64,000 nt of DNA from an uncultured cyanobacterium (GCA_963706595.1 OY970166.1:5472001-5536000), one strand, 5' to 3'; positions 21,312 through 34,414 are shown, counted from the first letter of the stretch. Numbers and translations: made by a program. Notes: generated from the letters alone by a model not told the origin.

Positions 21312-22427
21312 TTACAAGCCAGTCACTCCACGGAGATACCGTCGGGACATGAGGGCATATTCTAAAGGCTCACGTAAAGGCTTAATTTTGGTATTGCTGG
21401 GATCTTGTTCTGCTTCTACCATTAACCAGCCTTGATACTTAACTTCGGCTAGTTTAGTTAAAATGCTCTTAAAGTCAATGATTCCATTTTTATCCCCAGG
21501 AACTGTAAAAACTCCAGAGCGAATTGCACTTAAAAAGCTGAGTTGCTTTTGTTTTGCTTCGTCCAAGATATTTTGACGAATATTTTTGAGGTGAACGTGC
21601 TTAATGCGGCTACCATAGGTGCTAATCAAATCCAAAATTTCATCTTGGGTAACACCTGAATAGTAAAGATGGCCAGTATCAAGTAGTAGGTTCACATTGT
21701 GATCTTTTGTTCCTGCCATGAGACGATCAATATCTGCGCGGATTTCTACTCCCGTGCCGACGTGGGGATGGTAACACAAGATCATGCCATTGGCAAAGGC
21801 TTGATCTCCTAGAGAATTTAAGCCATCAATCAAGAGTTGCCATTGTTCATCAGTAAACTGGGGACGATTATTTAAGGGTTCAATGGGTTGTTGATGGACA
21901 GCCCCTCCGAGTTCGGCAACGACAATTGCTTTACTATCAAAATTCTTCATGAACGCCATCTGATCCTCGAAGATTTTTTGGCTATCTTCTTTCGCTCCGA
22001 TGGTGAAGAAAGTCCCAACCCAGGGTTCAGAAATTGTTAAACCCCTAACTTCTAGGTCTTTTTTTAATGTAGCGATGTCTTTGGGAAATTTAGGAGCGCC
22101 TTGAAGACCTTGAAACCCTGCTAGGGCAATTTCACTGATAATCTGTTTGTAGGAGATGGGAGGATTGAGATCCATTGTGAGATCATCACTGTTACTCCAA
22201 CCTGTAGGGGTAATACCTAAACGGACTTCTTCTGGATTAAAAAGGGGAGTGTTAGGAACTCTTTTGACTTCAGCATTAGCAGGAAGTGTGCTAGTGATTC
22301 CCATGAGAATCACTATGAATAGGGAAATCAATAAACGACTGATTTGTTTACAAAGGGATTTTATCCCATTGGGAAAAGTCGCAGAAATTTGTACTTGTGT
22401 TTTGATTTTTTCGGAGCTTTGTATCAC
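21312..22427 (-). CDS. myo-inosose-2 dehydratase (IolE)-like protein with N-terminal signal peptide
   Basis: LGITPTGWSNSD, CYHPHVGT, LLLDTGH, HVHLKN, GVFTVPGD, WLMVEAEQDP; preceded by a hydrophobic segment ending PANA. Confidence 0.85.
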   Translation of the reverse strand: MIQSSEKIKTQVQISATFPNGIKSLCKQISRLLISLFIVILMGITSTLPANAEVKRVPNTPLFNPEEVRLGITPTGWSNSDDLTMDLNPPISYKQIISEIALAGFQGLQGAPKFPKDIATLKKDLEVRGLTISEPWVGTFFTIGAKEDSQKIFEDQMAFMKNFDSKAIVVAELGGAVHQQPIEPLNNRPQFTDEQWQLLIDGLNSLGDQAFANGMILCYHPHVGTGVEIRADIDRLMAGTKDHNVNLLLDTGHLYYSGVTQDEILDLISTYGSRIKHVHLKNIRQNILDEAKQKQLSFLSAIRSGVFTVPGDKNGIIDFKSILTKLAEVKYQGWLMVEAEQDPSNTKIKPLREPLEYALMSRRYLRGVTGL

Positions 22428-22494
22428 GAGAATTCCTCTGTTTTTTTTATTCTGAACAATTTATTTCTTTACTTAGGAATTAACCATTTTTGTG

Positions 22495-22624
22495 TAAGTA
22501 AGTCGGCGTGAAAATTTCGATGTATGTCATTGCGAGTGGAACGCAGTGGAATGAAGCAATCGCAAGGCTTTTGGGAGTTTTACATTCTGTTACATAATTG
22601 GGTTTATTTGCGCCGACTTACTTA
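22495..22624. mobile_element. MITE with 14-bp perfect TIRs
   Basis: TAAGTAAGTCGGCG ... CGCCGACTTACTTA. Confidence 0.8.
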
Positions 22625-22638
22625 ATGTTGCAGGAGTA

Positions 22639-22774
22639 TATAGCAATCCTATTTGAGTTGTGAGAAATCCGGGATAAGTGATTTACTCAGGTGAGGATAC
22701 TCAAAACCTTAGCCAGATAGACTTACGGTGATACCATCTATGCTCTGGTTTGATCATCAAATAGGGTTGCTATA
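22639..22774. mobile_element. MITE (TATAGC...GCTATA family)
   Basis: TATAGCAATCCTATTTGA ... TCAAATAGGGTTGCTATA. Confidence 0.8.
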
Positions 22775-22826
22775 CCAGAAAGATTTTCCTAACTATCCCG
22801 TTCCTGACGATATGTTAACTATGAGC

Positions 22827-23507
22827 CTATTGATAAGCCCCAAATTGAGCGACATTTCCGTTATATACGGTATCATTAGGCATTCTGGCACGAAACAAAT
22901 CGGCATCAATGAAGTTAGTCTTCGTCAGAGTAGCCCCTGATAATCTGACATTTCTCAGGACAGCATCAGCAAAATCTGCACCATCTAACTTAGAGCTAGA
23001 TAGAAATGCGTTGGTGAAATTTGCTTCCTTGGCGATCGCATCGGAAAAATTTGCACCAGAGGCGATCGCATATTCTAGAACAGACCCTGTGAGATTCGCC
23101 CCTGACAAGTTAACTCCTGCCATCTCTGCATTACCCAATTGAGCATTTGTGAGATTGGCGTTAGTTAAAATGGCGTTGTTTAACCTGATTCCTAAAAGGC
23201 TGGCTCCCGATAGATTCGCTCCTGTCAGATTTGCTTCATCTAGCTTGGCTTCATTCAGCAAAGTATTCGATAGATTAGCCCCTGTGAGATTTGCTTTCAG
23301 GAGAGCGCTACCATACAAATCTTTATTCGATAAATCCACTCCCGACAGATCACAGCTATTACACTCGTTTGTTTCAAGTAAATGAGCAAGAGCAAGACGG
23401 CTATTAGTAGCAACAAAGGCATTAGCAGGTAAACTAAACAGCGTTAAACTCAGAACAATTGTCAGAACAAAAGCAGAAAGTCCACGAAACCAAAGTTTAA
23501 TATTCAT
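22827..23507 (-). CDS. Exported pentapeptide-repeat protein
   Basis: Signal peptide ending PANA, CxxC cap (CNSC), A(D/N)LxG repeats. Confidence 0.9.
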   Translation of the reverse strand: MNIKLWFRGLSAFVLTIVLSLTLFSLPANAFVATNSRLALAHLLETNECNSCDLSGVDLSNKDLYGSALLKANLTGANLSNTLLNEAKLDEANLTGANLSGASLLGIRLNNAILTNANLTNAQLGNAEMAGVNLSGANLTGSVLEYAIASGANFSDAIAKEANFTNAFLSSSKLDGADFADAVLRNVRLSGATLTKTNFIDADLFRARMPNDTVYNGNVAQFGAYQ

Positions 23508-23550
23508 GTTGTATCTCCATTAAAATTGTTTTCTAGCAATTAAGTTGTGA

Positions 23551-24039
23551 TTAACTCAAACTAACTGAAGGAGGCTCACTCCAAGTCCCATAACCAGGTG
23601 CTTTCGCTCCAGGAGGATTAACCCCAATAGCCCGCCAGACAAGTCCTTCGGGATAGGCTTGGGGACTGGGAATAAAAGGGCTATTTGTTTGGTCAATTCC
23701 ATACCAGGACTCCAAAGACTTGGGAAGTTTATCCCAGGTAGCTGTATACCACAGCTTGATGATGTTGCGAGCAACAGGTCCTAGTGTGGCAGAAGTGAGA
23801 ATTTCCGAACGTAATCCCTCAGTTAAAATTGTGGGATTATGTTTCTTGTTTGCACTCTTATCAAACTTATGAAAGGTTTCTAGCAATTCTGTCAATATTT
23901 TCTCACCAATCATGTTCAGAACGGTGTCAAAGTAAAGTTCAGCTTGTCCAGTTCCTTCAAGGTCAAACCGAGAAAATCCTGTTACCTCTGCTGATAAATC
24001 CAGGAAATACCCCATGAATTCAGGTGTCTTAATACTCAC
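23551..24039 (-). CDS. Sorbitol/gluconate dehydrogenase small (gamma) subunit-like protein
   Basis: FLDLSAEVTGF, ARNIIKLWYTATW, AYPEGLVW and YGTWSEPP patterns typical of proteins accompanying GMC flavoproteins; GTG start with GGAGG RBS. Confidence 0.65.
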   Translation of the reverse strand: MSIKTPEFMGYFLDLSAEVTGFSRFDLEGTGQAELYFDTVLNMIGEKILTELLETFHKFDKSANKKHNPTILTEGLRSEILTSATLGPVARNIIKLWYTATWDKLPKSLESWYGIDQTNSPFIPSPQAYPEGLVWRAIGVNPPGAKAPGYGTWSEPPSVSLS

Positions 24040-24106
24040 TCGTTATTTACCTCCACAAAGTTTCTAGGTTTTTATTTCTAGGTTTTTGAGTCCCAACTTT
24101 TGCTCT

Positions 24107-25222
24107 TTACTCAAACTTATAAATCGGACCTGCATTAACACCACTCAGTCCAGGAATGGGGTTACGAATCAGACTATTAGCTAATTCCTTGAGTCGGAAC
24201 ATACTTCCCACCGCAGGAAGCAACTGTTCAGGATGACCATTAAAGGAATATTCAATCTCTGCAAGAAACCTGCTGTAAGCTTGCTGGAACTCCAGTGCGT
24301 GAGCATATAATTCTGAATCTGCGTCACAATAATTTCTCAGCTTACTCAGAGTCAGATTCTCCATGACGGGATAAACAGCGCCCCAATCTACAGTAATATC
24401 TTCGCCTGTAGGATAATCAGGCTGATCTGAGTTCATTGGATCTTCCTTGTCTATCACATAGTAGCGACCCTTCAGTAGTTGCTGGAAACGATAGTAATGA
24501 GAAAGTTCTTTTTCAGAATCATAGATCGTTGTAGTTCCAGACCCTTCACCTTGGGTTTGAATTATATACAATGCTTTGATAGCAGAGTCAAGATCCGTCA
24601 CCTTGACGATATCTCCCGCACCATCATAGTAATATTCAGGGGTAATTTGCTTTTTAGGATCACCAATGAAGAGATTCTTACCTTCTTTCTTATAGTGTTT
24701 ATCGAGTGCCTTTAAGCCCCGAATCACCTCTGTATAGAACAATCCAATGGTGTGATAGCTCAGGTTGTCATTTCTACCAGCAAGTCTTAAAAAATTGTGT
24801 CTTCTTGTTTGTCTGGTTCGAGATTCTACTAATGGTGCATTCTCATCTACATGATGAGAACGTTCAATCTTGAGAAATGTCTCTATTGTTTCTTGGGAAA
24901 ACTTGCCGACATTAACTTCAAAGTCATCTTCTCTCGTAGGTAAGTAAGTCGGGTATGTGGGAACAAAGTCAGGATTGGTCAAAACTCCTTGGATATCTCC
25001 TCCCACCGCATTAAACACATTGGCTACTAGAGTGAGATGGAGCATTTCCTCCACAGCAATAGTGCGAATAAAGTGGAAAGCCTCCAGATTTGAGCCTGGC
25101 TTCAGGGAATAAAGGGCAGTCAGATAAGGGGGAAGGGTTGCGTGTTCTATCATCATGCCCTGGATGAGATAGTAATGCAGGTCTTCAACCGTTGTAATCA
25201 ACTCTAAACTATCAATCATCAA
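24107..25222 (-). CDS. Ferritin-like diiron protein (VioB C-terminal-like family)
   Basis: IEHATLPPYLTALYS, AVEEMLHL, QGEG, SHYYRF. Confidence 0.85.
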   Translation of the reverse strand: MMIDSLELITTVEDLHYYLIQGMMIEHATLPPYLTALYSLKPGSNLEAFHFIRTIAVEEMLHLTLVANVFNAVGGDIQGVLTNPDFVPTYPTYLPTREDDFEVNVGKFSQETIETFLKIERSHHVDENAPLVESRTRQTRRHNFLRLAGRNDNLSYHTIGLFYTEVIRGLKALDKHYKKEGKNLFIGDPKKQITPEYYYDGAGDIVKVTDLDSAIKALYIIQTQGEGSGTTTIYDSEKELSHYYRFQQLLKGRYYVIDKEDPMNSDQPDYPTGEDITVDWGAVYPVMENLTLSKLRNYCDADSELYAHALEFQQAYSRFLAEIEYSFNGHPEQLLPAVGSMFRLKELANSLIRNPIPGLSGVNAGPIYKFE

Positions 25223-25283
25223 ATACCTCTGCTGACAATATTTTCAAAAGTTGTATAATCAGTGCGCTTTGTTGTTTTTACTT

Positions 25284-27141
25284 TTAGGCATAGACAAGTT
25301 TAGATGCAATATCTAATTCTTTAAGCATCTCCTCAGTAGCCATGTAAGTTAGAGCAGCAATACTCAATGTAGTATTAGAACTACCAATGGAGGGCATACT
25401 TCCTGCACCAACCATGTAAAGATTCTGATGATCCCAAGAACGCATATATTTATCAACAACCGAGTTGTATTTAGTCGTTCCCATGACGTGAGTTTCCGGA
25501 AAAGTGATTTCCTCCTCGGAACCAGTAGCCTTCACCCTCATACTCAAAATAGGCCGGGTCTGTGTCATCGTAGTGGGTATGATCTTCCGCACCTAAATGA
25601 TTGAAAATAGTCTTGGAGAGATTTCGGGCGTAAGCAAAGGTTTTTTTGCAATAATCAGGTAGGTCAAAATGAATCACGGGACGATAATTACCCAATTGAT
25701 CTTTATATCGGGGATCAATGGTAACTCGATTATTGTAATCGGCGGGTAACTCGCACATGAAGGCTAATAGTAATTGCCGTGATATCTTGGTGATTAGTTC
25801 TTTACGTAGTTCAGCACCATACATATTGCCTTTTTCTACAGCATCTCTCACTATGTCAGTAGCGCCTGTTCCTGACCATCCCCAACCATCATTATGGATA
25901 TCCATCGCAAATGTGCATTGGTTGTGACGAAACTTACCTTTACGGAAAGTCCCGATTCCTGATGTCACTAGGGGTCCTCGCATTGTCCCAGTCACTTCCG
26001 GCATCAAAGCCCAAGCTAAGAGGAAAGGATGATCCATAAGATTGCGTCCCATCAGATCATTACTACTCTTCAAATCGGAAGCAAGCATTAGCTTGGCATT
26101 TTCGACTGCATGGGCAGCTAAGACAAATAAAGTACCTTTGGCAATACCAACGGTATGGGTAGGAGAGTTCTTATCTTGATAGTGCTTGTAGTGAATAGCG
26201 GTAACACGACCGTTATCGGGATCAACTTCTACCTTATAGGCTACAGCCTGGGCAAGTAAATCTACTCGATCAGGAAAAGCTATGGTATTTAAGGTTTTGC
26301 GGGCATCATACTTCGCTTGCACTGGACAGATAGGTACACAGTTCGCGTTACCTTGGCAACGTTCCCCATACTCTACAGGTTTGACACTGGCCACGCCATC
26401 AGGAACAAAGCGATTATCAGCTTTATGTCCGTACTCGTTGTACTGGGGATTAGGTATACTATTGCGACCTTGGGGAAAGGTACTGAGTTCTAATTTAATA
26501 GTCTCGCCCTCAAGTTCGACGGTAGCTCCATTCAGTCCCTCAGTAACTTTCTTATCCAAGTAAGAAGGAGGAAGCTCAAGCATAGGGAAAACATAGCCAT
26601 CTTTAAAGGGGACACCTAGACCTTTTTGTCCTTCTACGTCTCCAGAAACCCCCATTTCATACTCCGCTTGGCGGTAGTAGGGCATGATTTCTTCATACTT
26701 GATTGGCCAGTCAAGACCTTTTCCATATTTAGTTTGTAATTCAAAATCTTCGGGTAACATTCGGATGGTTTTCCCTTCCCAGTGCATGGTAGTTCCACCC
26801 AATACCCTTGTATAAGAACCACTCAGAGGTAATGGTCCTTTTTCTTCAAAATAATGATTAGCGCCATCAGTGGGGCTAAGGGCATTGCGGTTTACGGGAT
26901 AAGGGGAGTTGGCATTTTTGTCTACTGCGCCATAGAAGGTATCAACGTGACTTTGAAAGCCCTCAAGGGTTAAACCATAACCAGTTCCCGCTTCCAGGAT
27001 TAAAACTCGCTTTCCCTGTTCACTAAGTTGTTTGGCAACAATGGCTCCAGCTACTCCCGCTCCGACTATGACTACATCGTAAAAGGTTTGAGAAACAGTC
27101 TCACAAGTGACTAATTTTATCGTAGTCCGACTTTGGCTCAT
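25284..27141 (-). pseudogene. GMC-family FAD oxidoreductase with a +1 frameshift at 25493-25495 (618 aa if repaired)
   Basis: GAGVAG Rossmann motif, GGTTMHW, CQGNANCVPICP, GRNLMDH. Deleting one A from TCCGGAAACTCAC joins NHFSG to THVMG...NLYMVGAGSMP...NTTLSIAAL. Confidence 0.85.
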
Positions 27142-27288
27142 ATATTACTCCTTAGCACGTATTTAATTGACCCAATGGTGTCAGGAACTTTCCCGTCAGT
27201 AATGTATCAAGCATCAATGTGGTTAGTCAACACTTAGTAGATAATTGTTTTATACACTTGATTGTAAAGGATTTGTGGCTCAACAATG

Positions 27289-27350
27289 TATTTAATATTG
27301 GGTTAATATCAGTAAATACTTGGTTAATACTTAGTAAATGTTCCGTAATT
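27289..27350 (-). promoter_or_regulatory. Helically phased direct repeats upstream of the cluster
   Basis: Minus strand ATTTACTA-agt-ATTAACCA-agt-ATTTACTG-at-ATTAACCC-aat-ATTAAATA, 10-11-bp period. Confidence 0.45.
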
Positions 27351-27443
27351 TTTCTGAATAAATCTGTTGAAATATAAGCAAATTGTGCGATTTTAACGGG
27401 ATTATTGAATATTTCATAAGCTTTATTGATATTTTAGTGGTAA

Positions 27444-27473
27444 TTAGTAATATTTAGTAATATTTAGTAATAT
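27444..27473. repeat. Three tandem 10-bp repeats (TTAGTAATAT)3
   Basis: Direct reading. Confidence 0.85.
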
Positions 27474-27768
27474 TATGCCAAAAATCTTAGTATTCTGCAT
27501 GAAAAAACAGAAGATAAGCTAAAGATAAGAGTAATCTTCGGAAATATGTGTATTGTTCAGTATTTGCAGTTAGATTTCTCTCTGCCAGTGAACTATAATG
27601 TCAGTATTATTGCTATAAAGTTAGAAGCAACTTGAAGATTAGTATAGTAACCGGATTTAATGTATGAGTTAATTGACGTAGAGATAGTGGGAAAAGCAGG
27701 ATAGATAACTACTGAGTTTGGTATGGACACACCACACCAGCTATAAATAACCAAATAGGAGTCCTAAT

Positions 27769-28470
27769 ATGTTACAAAATTTTTCTGAAGAAACAAGAGC
27801 CTTATTCCGTAAAGAAATACAAGAATATGGATTTATGAAGGATGAATTAGTTGGTAGAGACATTGACAGGGAAGTTTACGGAGTGAATATTGCCTGTGCT
27901 TGGCCTCTTCCTACGGAAATCAGGGAAATTTATGAGGAAATGTCTGAGAAATTGCAAGAATTAGAATGTGCTTATATATATCCATATACCCAAACACACA
28001 TTACAATCGTAACAGTTATTAACTTTAAAAAAAGGCTGAATAAAATTAAAAAATACTTAGATGCTGAGATATTAAAACTGTTAAAGATGAGAATAGAAAA
28101 TATAGTACAGCACAAGCCAATTAAAATATTTATTGATTCTCCAGTATTATTAAGGTCTGCTGCATTCTTCCCCGTATACAATCCTGGTGGAGAAATATAT
28201 GAAATACGAAAAGAAGCTCTGAATATTTTAAAAGGTGATAACAGAGATTATGATTTAGATACGCCAATATCCATTCATTCAACAATTTTACGCTTCCAGG
28301 AAGTTCCTACAGATAGTGAAAAGTTTCTTCATAGATTTGAAGAAATTACCAAAAATTTCTCTGTGGTGGAAGGAATAGTGAGGGAAGTGTATGTAACGGA
28401 GGAGTTAAAGCCTTACATGAAACAGGGAAGTATTTTAGAAAAAATTGACTGCGGAAACTTGGCTTTGTAA
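27769..28470 (+). CDS. 2H phosphoesterase superfamily protein
   Basis: Two Hx(S/T) motifs, THITIV and IHSTIL, about 90 aa apart; very AT-rich; RBS AGGAG. Confidence 0.65.
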   Translation: MLQNFSEETRALFRKEIQEYGFMKDELVGRDIDREVYGVNIACAWPLPTEIREIYEEMSEKLQELECAYIYPYTQTHITIVTVINFKKRLNKIKKYLDAEILKLLKMRIENIVQHKPIKIFIDSPVLLRSAAFFPVYNPGGEIYEIRKEALNILKGDNRDYDLDTPISIHSTILRFQEVPTDSEKFLHRFEEITKNFSVVEGIVREVYVTEELKPYMKQGSILEKIDCGNLAL

Positions 28471-28644
28471 AGCTCTAATTTTTCATGACTGAAGATAATA
28501 ATTAAATCTAGTTCGCAGTTGTTCTATTGTTAAATCTTCAATCCAATACTCTATTAAAGCATGACCAAACGCCCAAGCATTGCGATCTGGTGTAGAAGGG
28601 TTTTCTAACAACTTAGTGACAGAATAGGGATATAACCTAAGCAT

Positions 28645-28681
28645 AAAAACAAACCCCCTCATGATAGTAATGAGAGGGTTT
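28645..28681 (-). terminator. rRNA operon terminator
   Basis: Minus-strand hairpin AAACCCTCTCAT...ATGAGGGGGTTT followed by GTTTTT, just downstream of 5S. Confidence 0.75.
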
Positions 28682-28700
28682 ATTTTTATTCAATTGATAA

Positions 28701-28819
28701 ACCTGGCATCGAGCTATTTTTGCAGAGGGCTACCCCAAAACTATCGTCGCCGCAGCAGCGTTTCACCTCTGAGTTCGGGAAGGGATCAGTGTGGTTCCAC
28801 CGCGCAATAAACACCAGGA
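28701..28819 (-). rRNA. rrf: 5S rRNA
   Basis: TCCTGGTG...CCGAACTCAGAGGTGAAACG...GATGCCAGGT; ends approximate. Confidence 0.95.
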
Positions 28820-28945
28820 AAGAATTCAAAATTCAAAATTCAAAATTCAAAATAGAATCAGGAATTTTCAATTCGAGGGTTTCAGAAACCCTGAAGGCTG
28901 CACAGTAACGCGAAATAATGAGCAATTCACACAAGCAATGATCTG

Positions 28946-31773
<2,828 letters not shown>

Positions 31774-32124
31774 ACTTTTTCATTGGTGTTTTTCTGCAAA
31801 CTTTTTTTCGTTCTGTTTACTTCTTTCTTTGCACTGATTTTACTCAGCACTCATCAAAGAAGCAATCAGGACTCCAATTCGTCTGCCTGCTTTTTTTCGC
31901 GTTACTATGCAGTTTTCAAGGTTCTGGCTGGATAAATACCCAGCAGTTCGATTGTACAAGACAATCAATTGCTGAATTTCTATTCCAATTAAAAATTGAG
32001 ATGTTTATAAACTGAACCAAAGATACTTTGAAAGCTTTTACCAATTCTCGAACGACCTAGGAATGACCAACTCAGTCTCTAATTGCAATTTGCTTTCGAT
32101 GTTTGAGTGGATTCGGTCTCCCTA
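31774..32124 (-). other. 16S-23S ITS without tRNA genes
   Basis: About 350 nt with D1-D1' helix, Box B hairpin and Box A GAACCTTGAAAACTGCATAG (31905-31924); no tRNA-Ile or tRNA-Ala sequence. Confidence 0.9.
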
Positions 32125-33612
<1,488 letters not shown>

Positions 33613-33795
33613 TTGTTGTGCTTAGAGTTTTATCCGAAACAACAAGTTGTTTCAGAATCCTGTGAATTTTTTTGATTAACGTTTGGGTTTTTTTCCCAAA
33701 CTAAATATTCTTGACGAGGATTGGTTCTTATTTAGCTTTCAAAGTATTTTGTTTTCACGGTTCAGGTGTTGCGGCTCTCGCCTTGGCACTTATTT

Positions 33796-33824
33796 AAGAT
33801 AACAACTCTCTCTGGTTTCGTCAA
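33796..33824 (-). promoter_or_regulatory. rrn sigma70-type promoter
   Basis: TTGACG - 17 nt - TATCTT with extended -10 TG, upstream of a leader Box A-like GAACCGTGAAAAC. Confidence 0.75.
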
Positions 33825-34004
33825 GGGGTTGAGCAAAGTTTTTTTTGAGGGGGAAGTAAATTGACTCTAAGCTTTTTGTAATCAATGTTTAGCGGAACTC
33901 TGCTATCTGGATAAAGGCGCATCAGAGTTGTGGGCTGTTTTTGTAGTGAAGGCTTCGCAGCCAGTGGGGTTGGGGGCGAATAGCCTGTTTGAATTTTGCT
34001 ATAT

Positions 34005-34157
34005 ATTGTAATCCGCTTTGATTTTTGTTCGCGTAGCGTGGCGTAGCCATATTTATTTACTTGTGTAGGTGGGGAGTGGAGAGTGGGAAAAAGCCATTTT
34101 GAGTTGTAAACGCAAAGCGCAGGCTACGCCAACAGAAATCAAATAGGAGTCCTAATA
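34005..34157. mobile_element. Degenerate MITE with nested small repeats
   Basis: Ends tattgtaatccgctttgatttttg / cagaaatcaaataggagtcctaata; internal GGGGAGT units. Confidence 0.55.
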
Positions 34158-34414
34158 CTGATATGGCGACATGGAGATCACAACCCATATCCTATACATA
34201 TACAAGTAGGCAGGAATATTCATAACTATATCAAGACTGAAGAAGTCAAGCAGCAGCGCAATGTAGCGTCAAAAATTTATTTCAAAAGATTTTCGCAGTA
34301 AATAGGCATAATTAAGCGTAAAATACCATAATTAGCTGATAAAAATTCTCTTTTATTCTCTCATCCGATCTGAAATCAGCCTCCCCAATCCGCCTTGCTG
34401 ACTGCTAAAACTTT

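Noticed and set aside
21312..22427. Canonical myo-inositol catabolic operon
   Set aside because: iolG, iolD, iolB, iolC and transporters are absent, and the IolE-like protein has a signal peptide.
16149..25222. DyP and ferritin-like proteins as encapsulin cargo
   Set aside because: No encapsulin shell gene in the window and no obvious C-terminal targeting peptide on either protein.
24107..25222. Violacein/indolocarbazole biosynthesis
   Set aside because: Only the ferritin-like domain is present; no full-length VioB/RebD heme enzyme or tryptophan oxidase.
25484..25512. Programmed ribosomal frameshift in the GMC gene
   Set aside because: No recognisable slippery heptamer or stimulatory structure; mutation or sequencing error is simpler.
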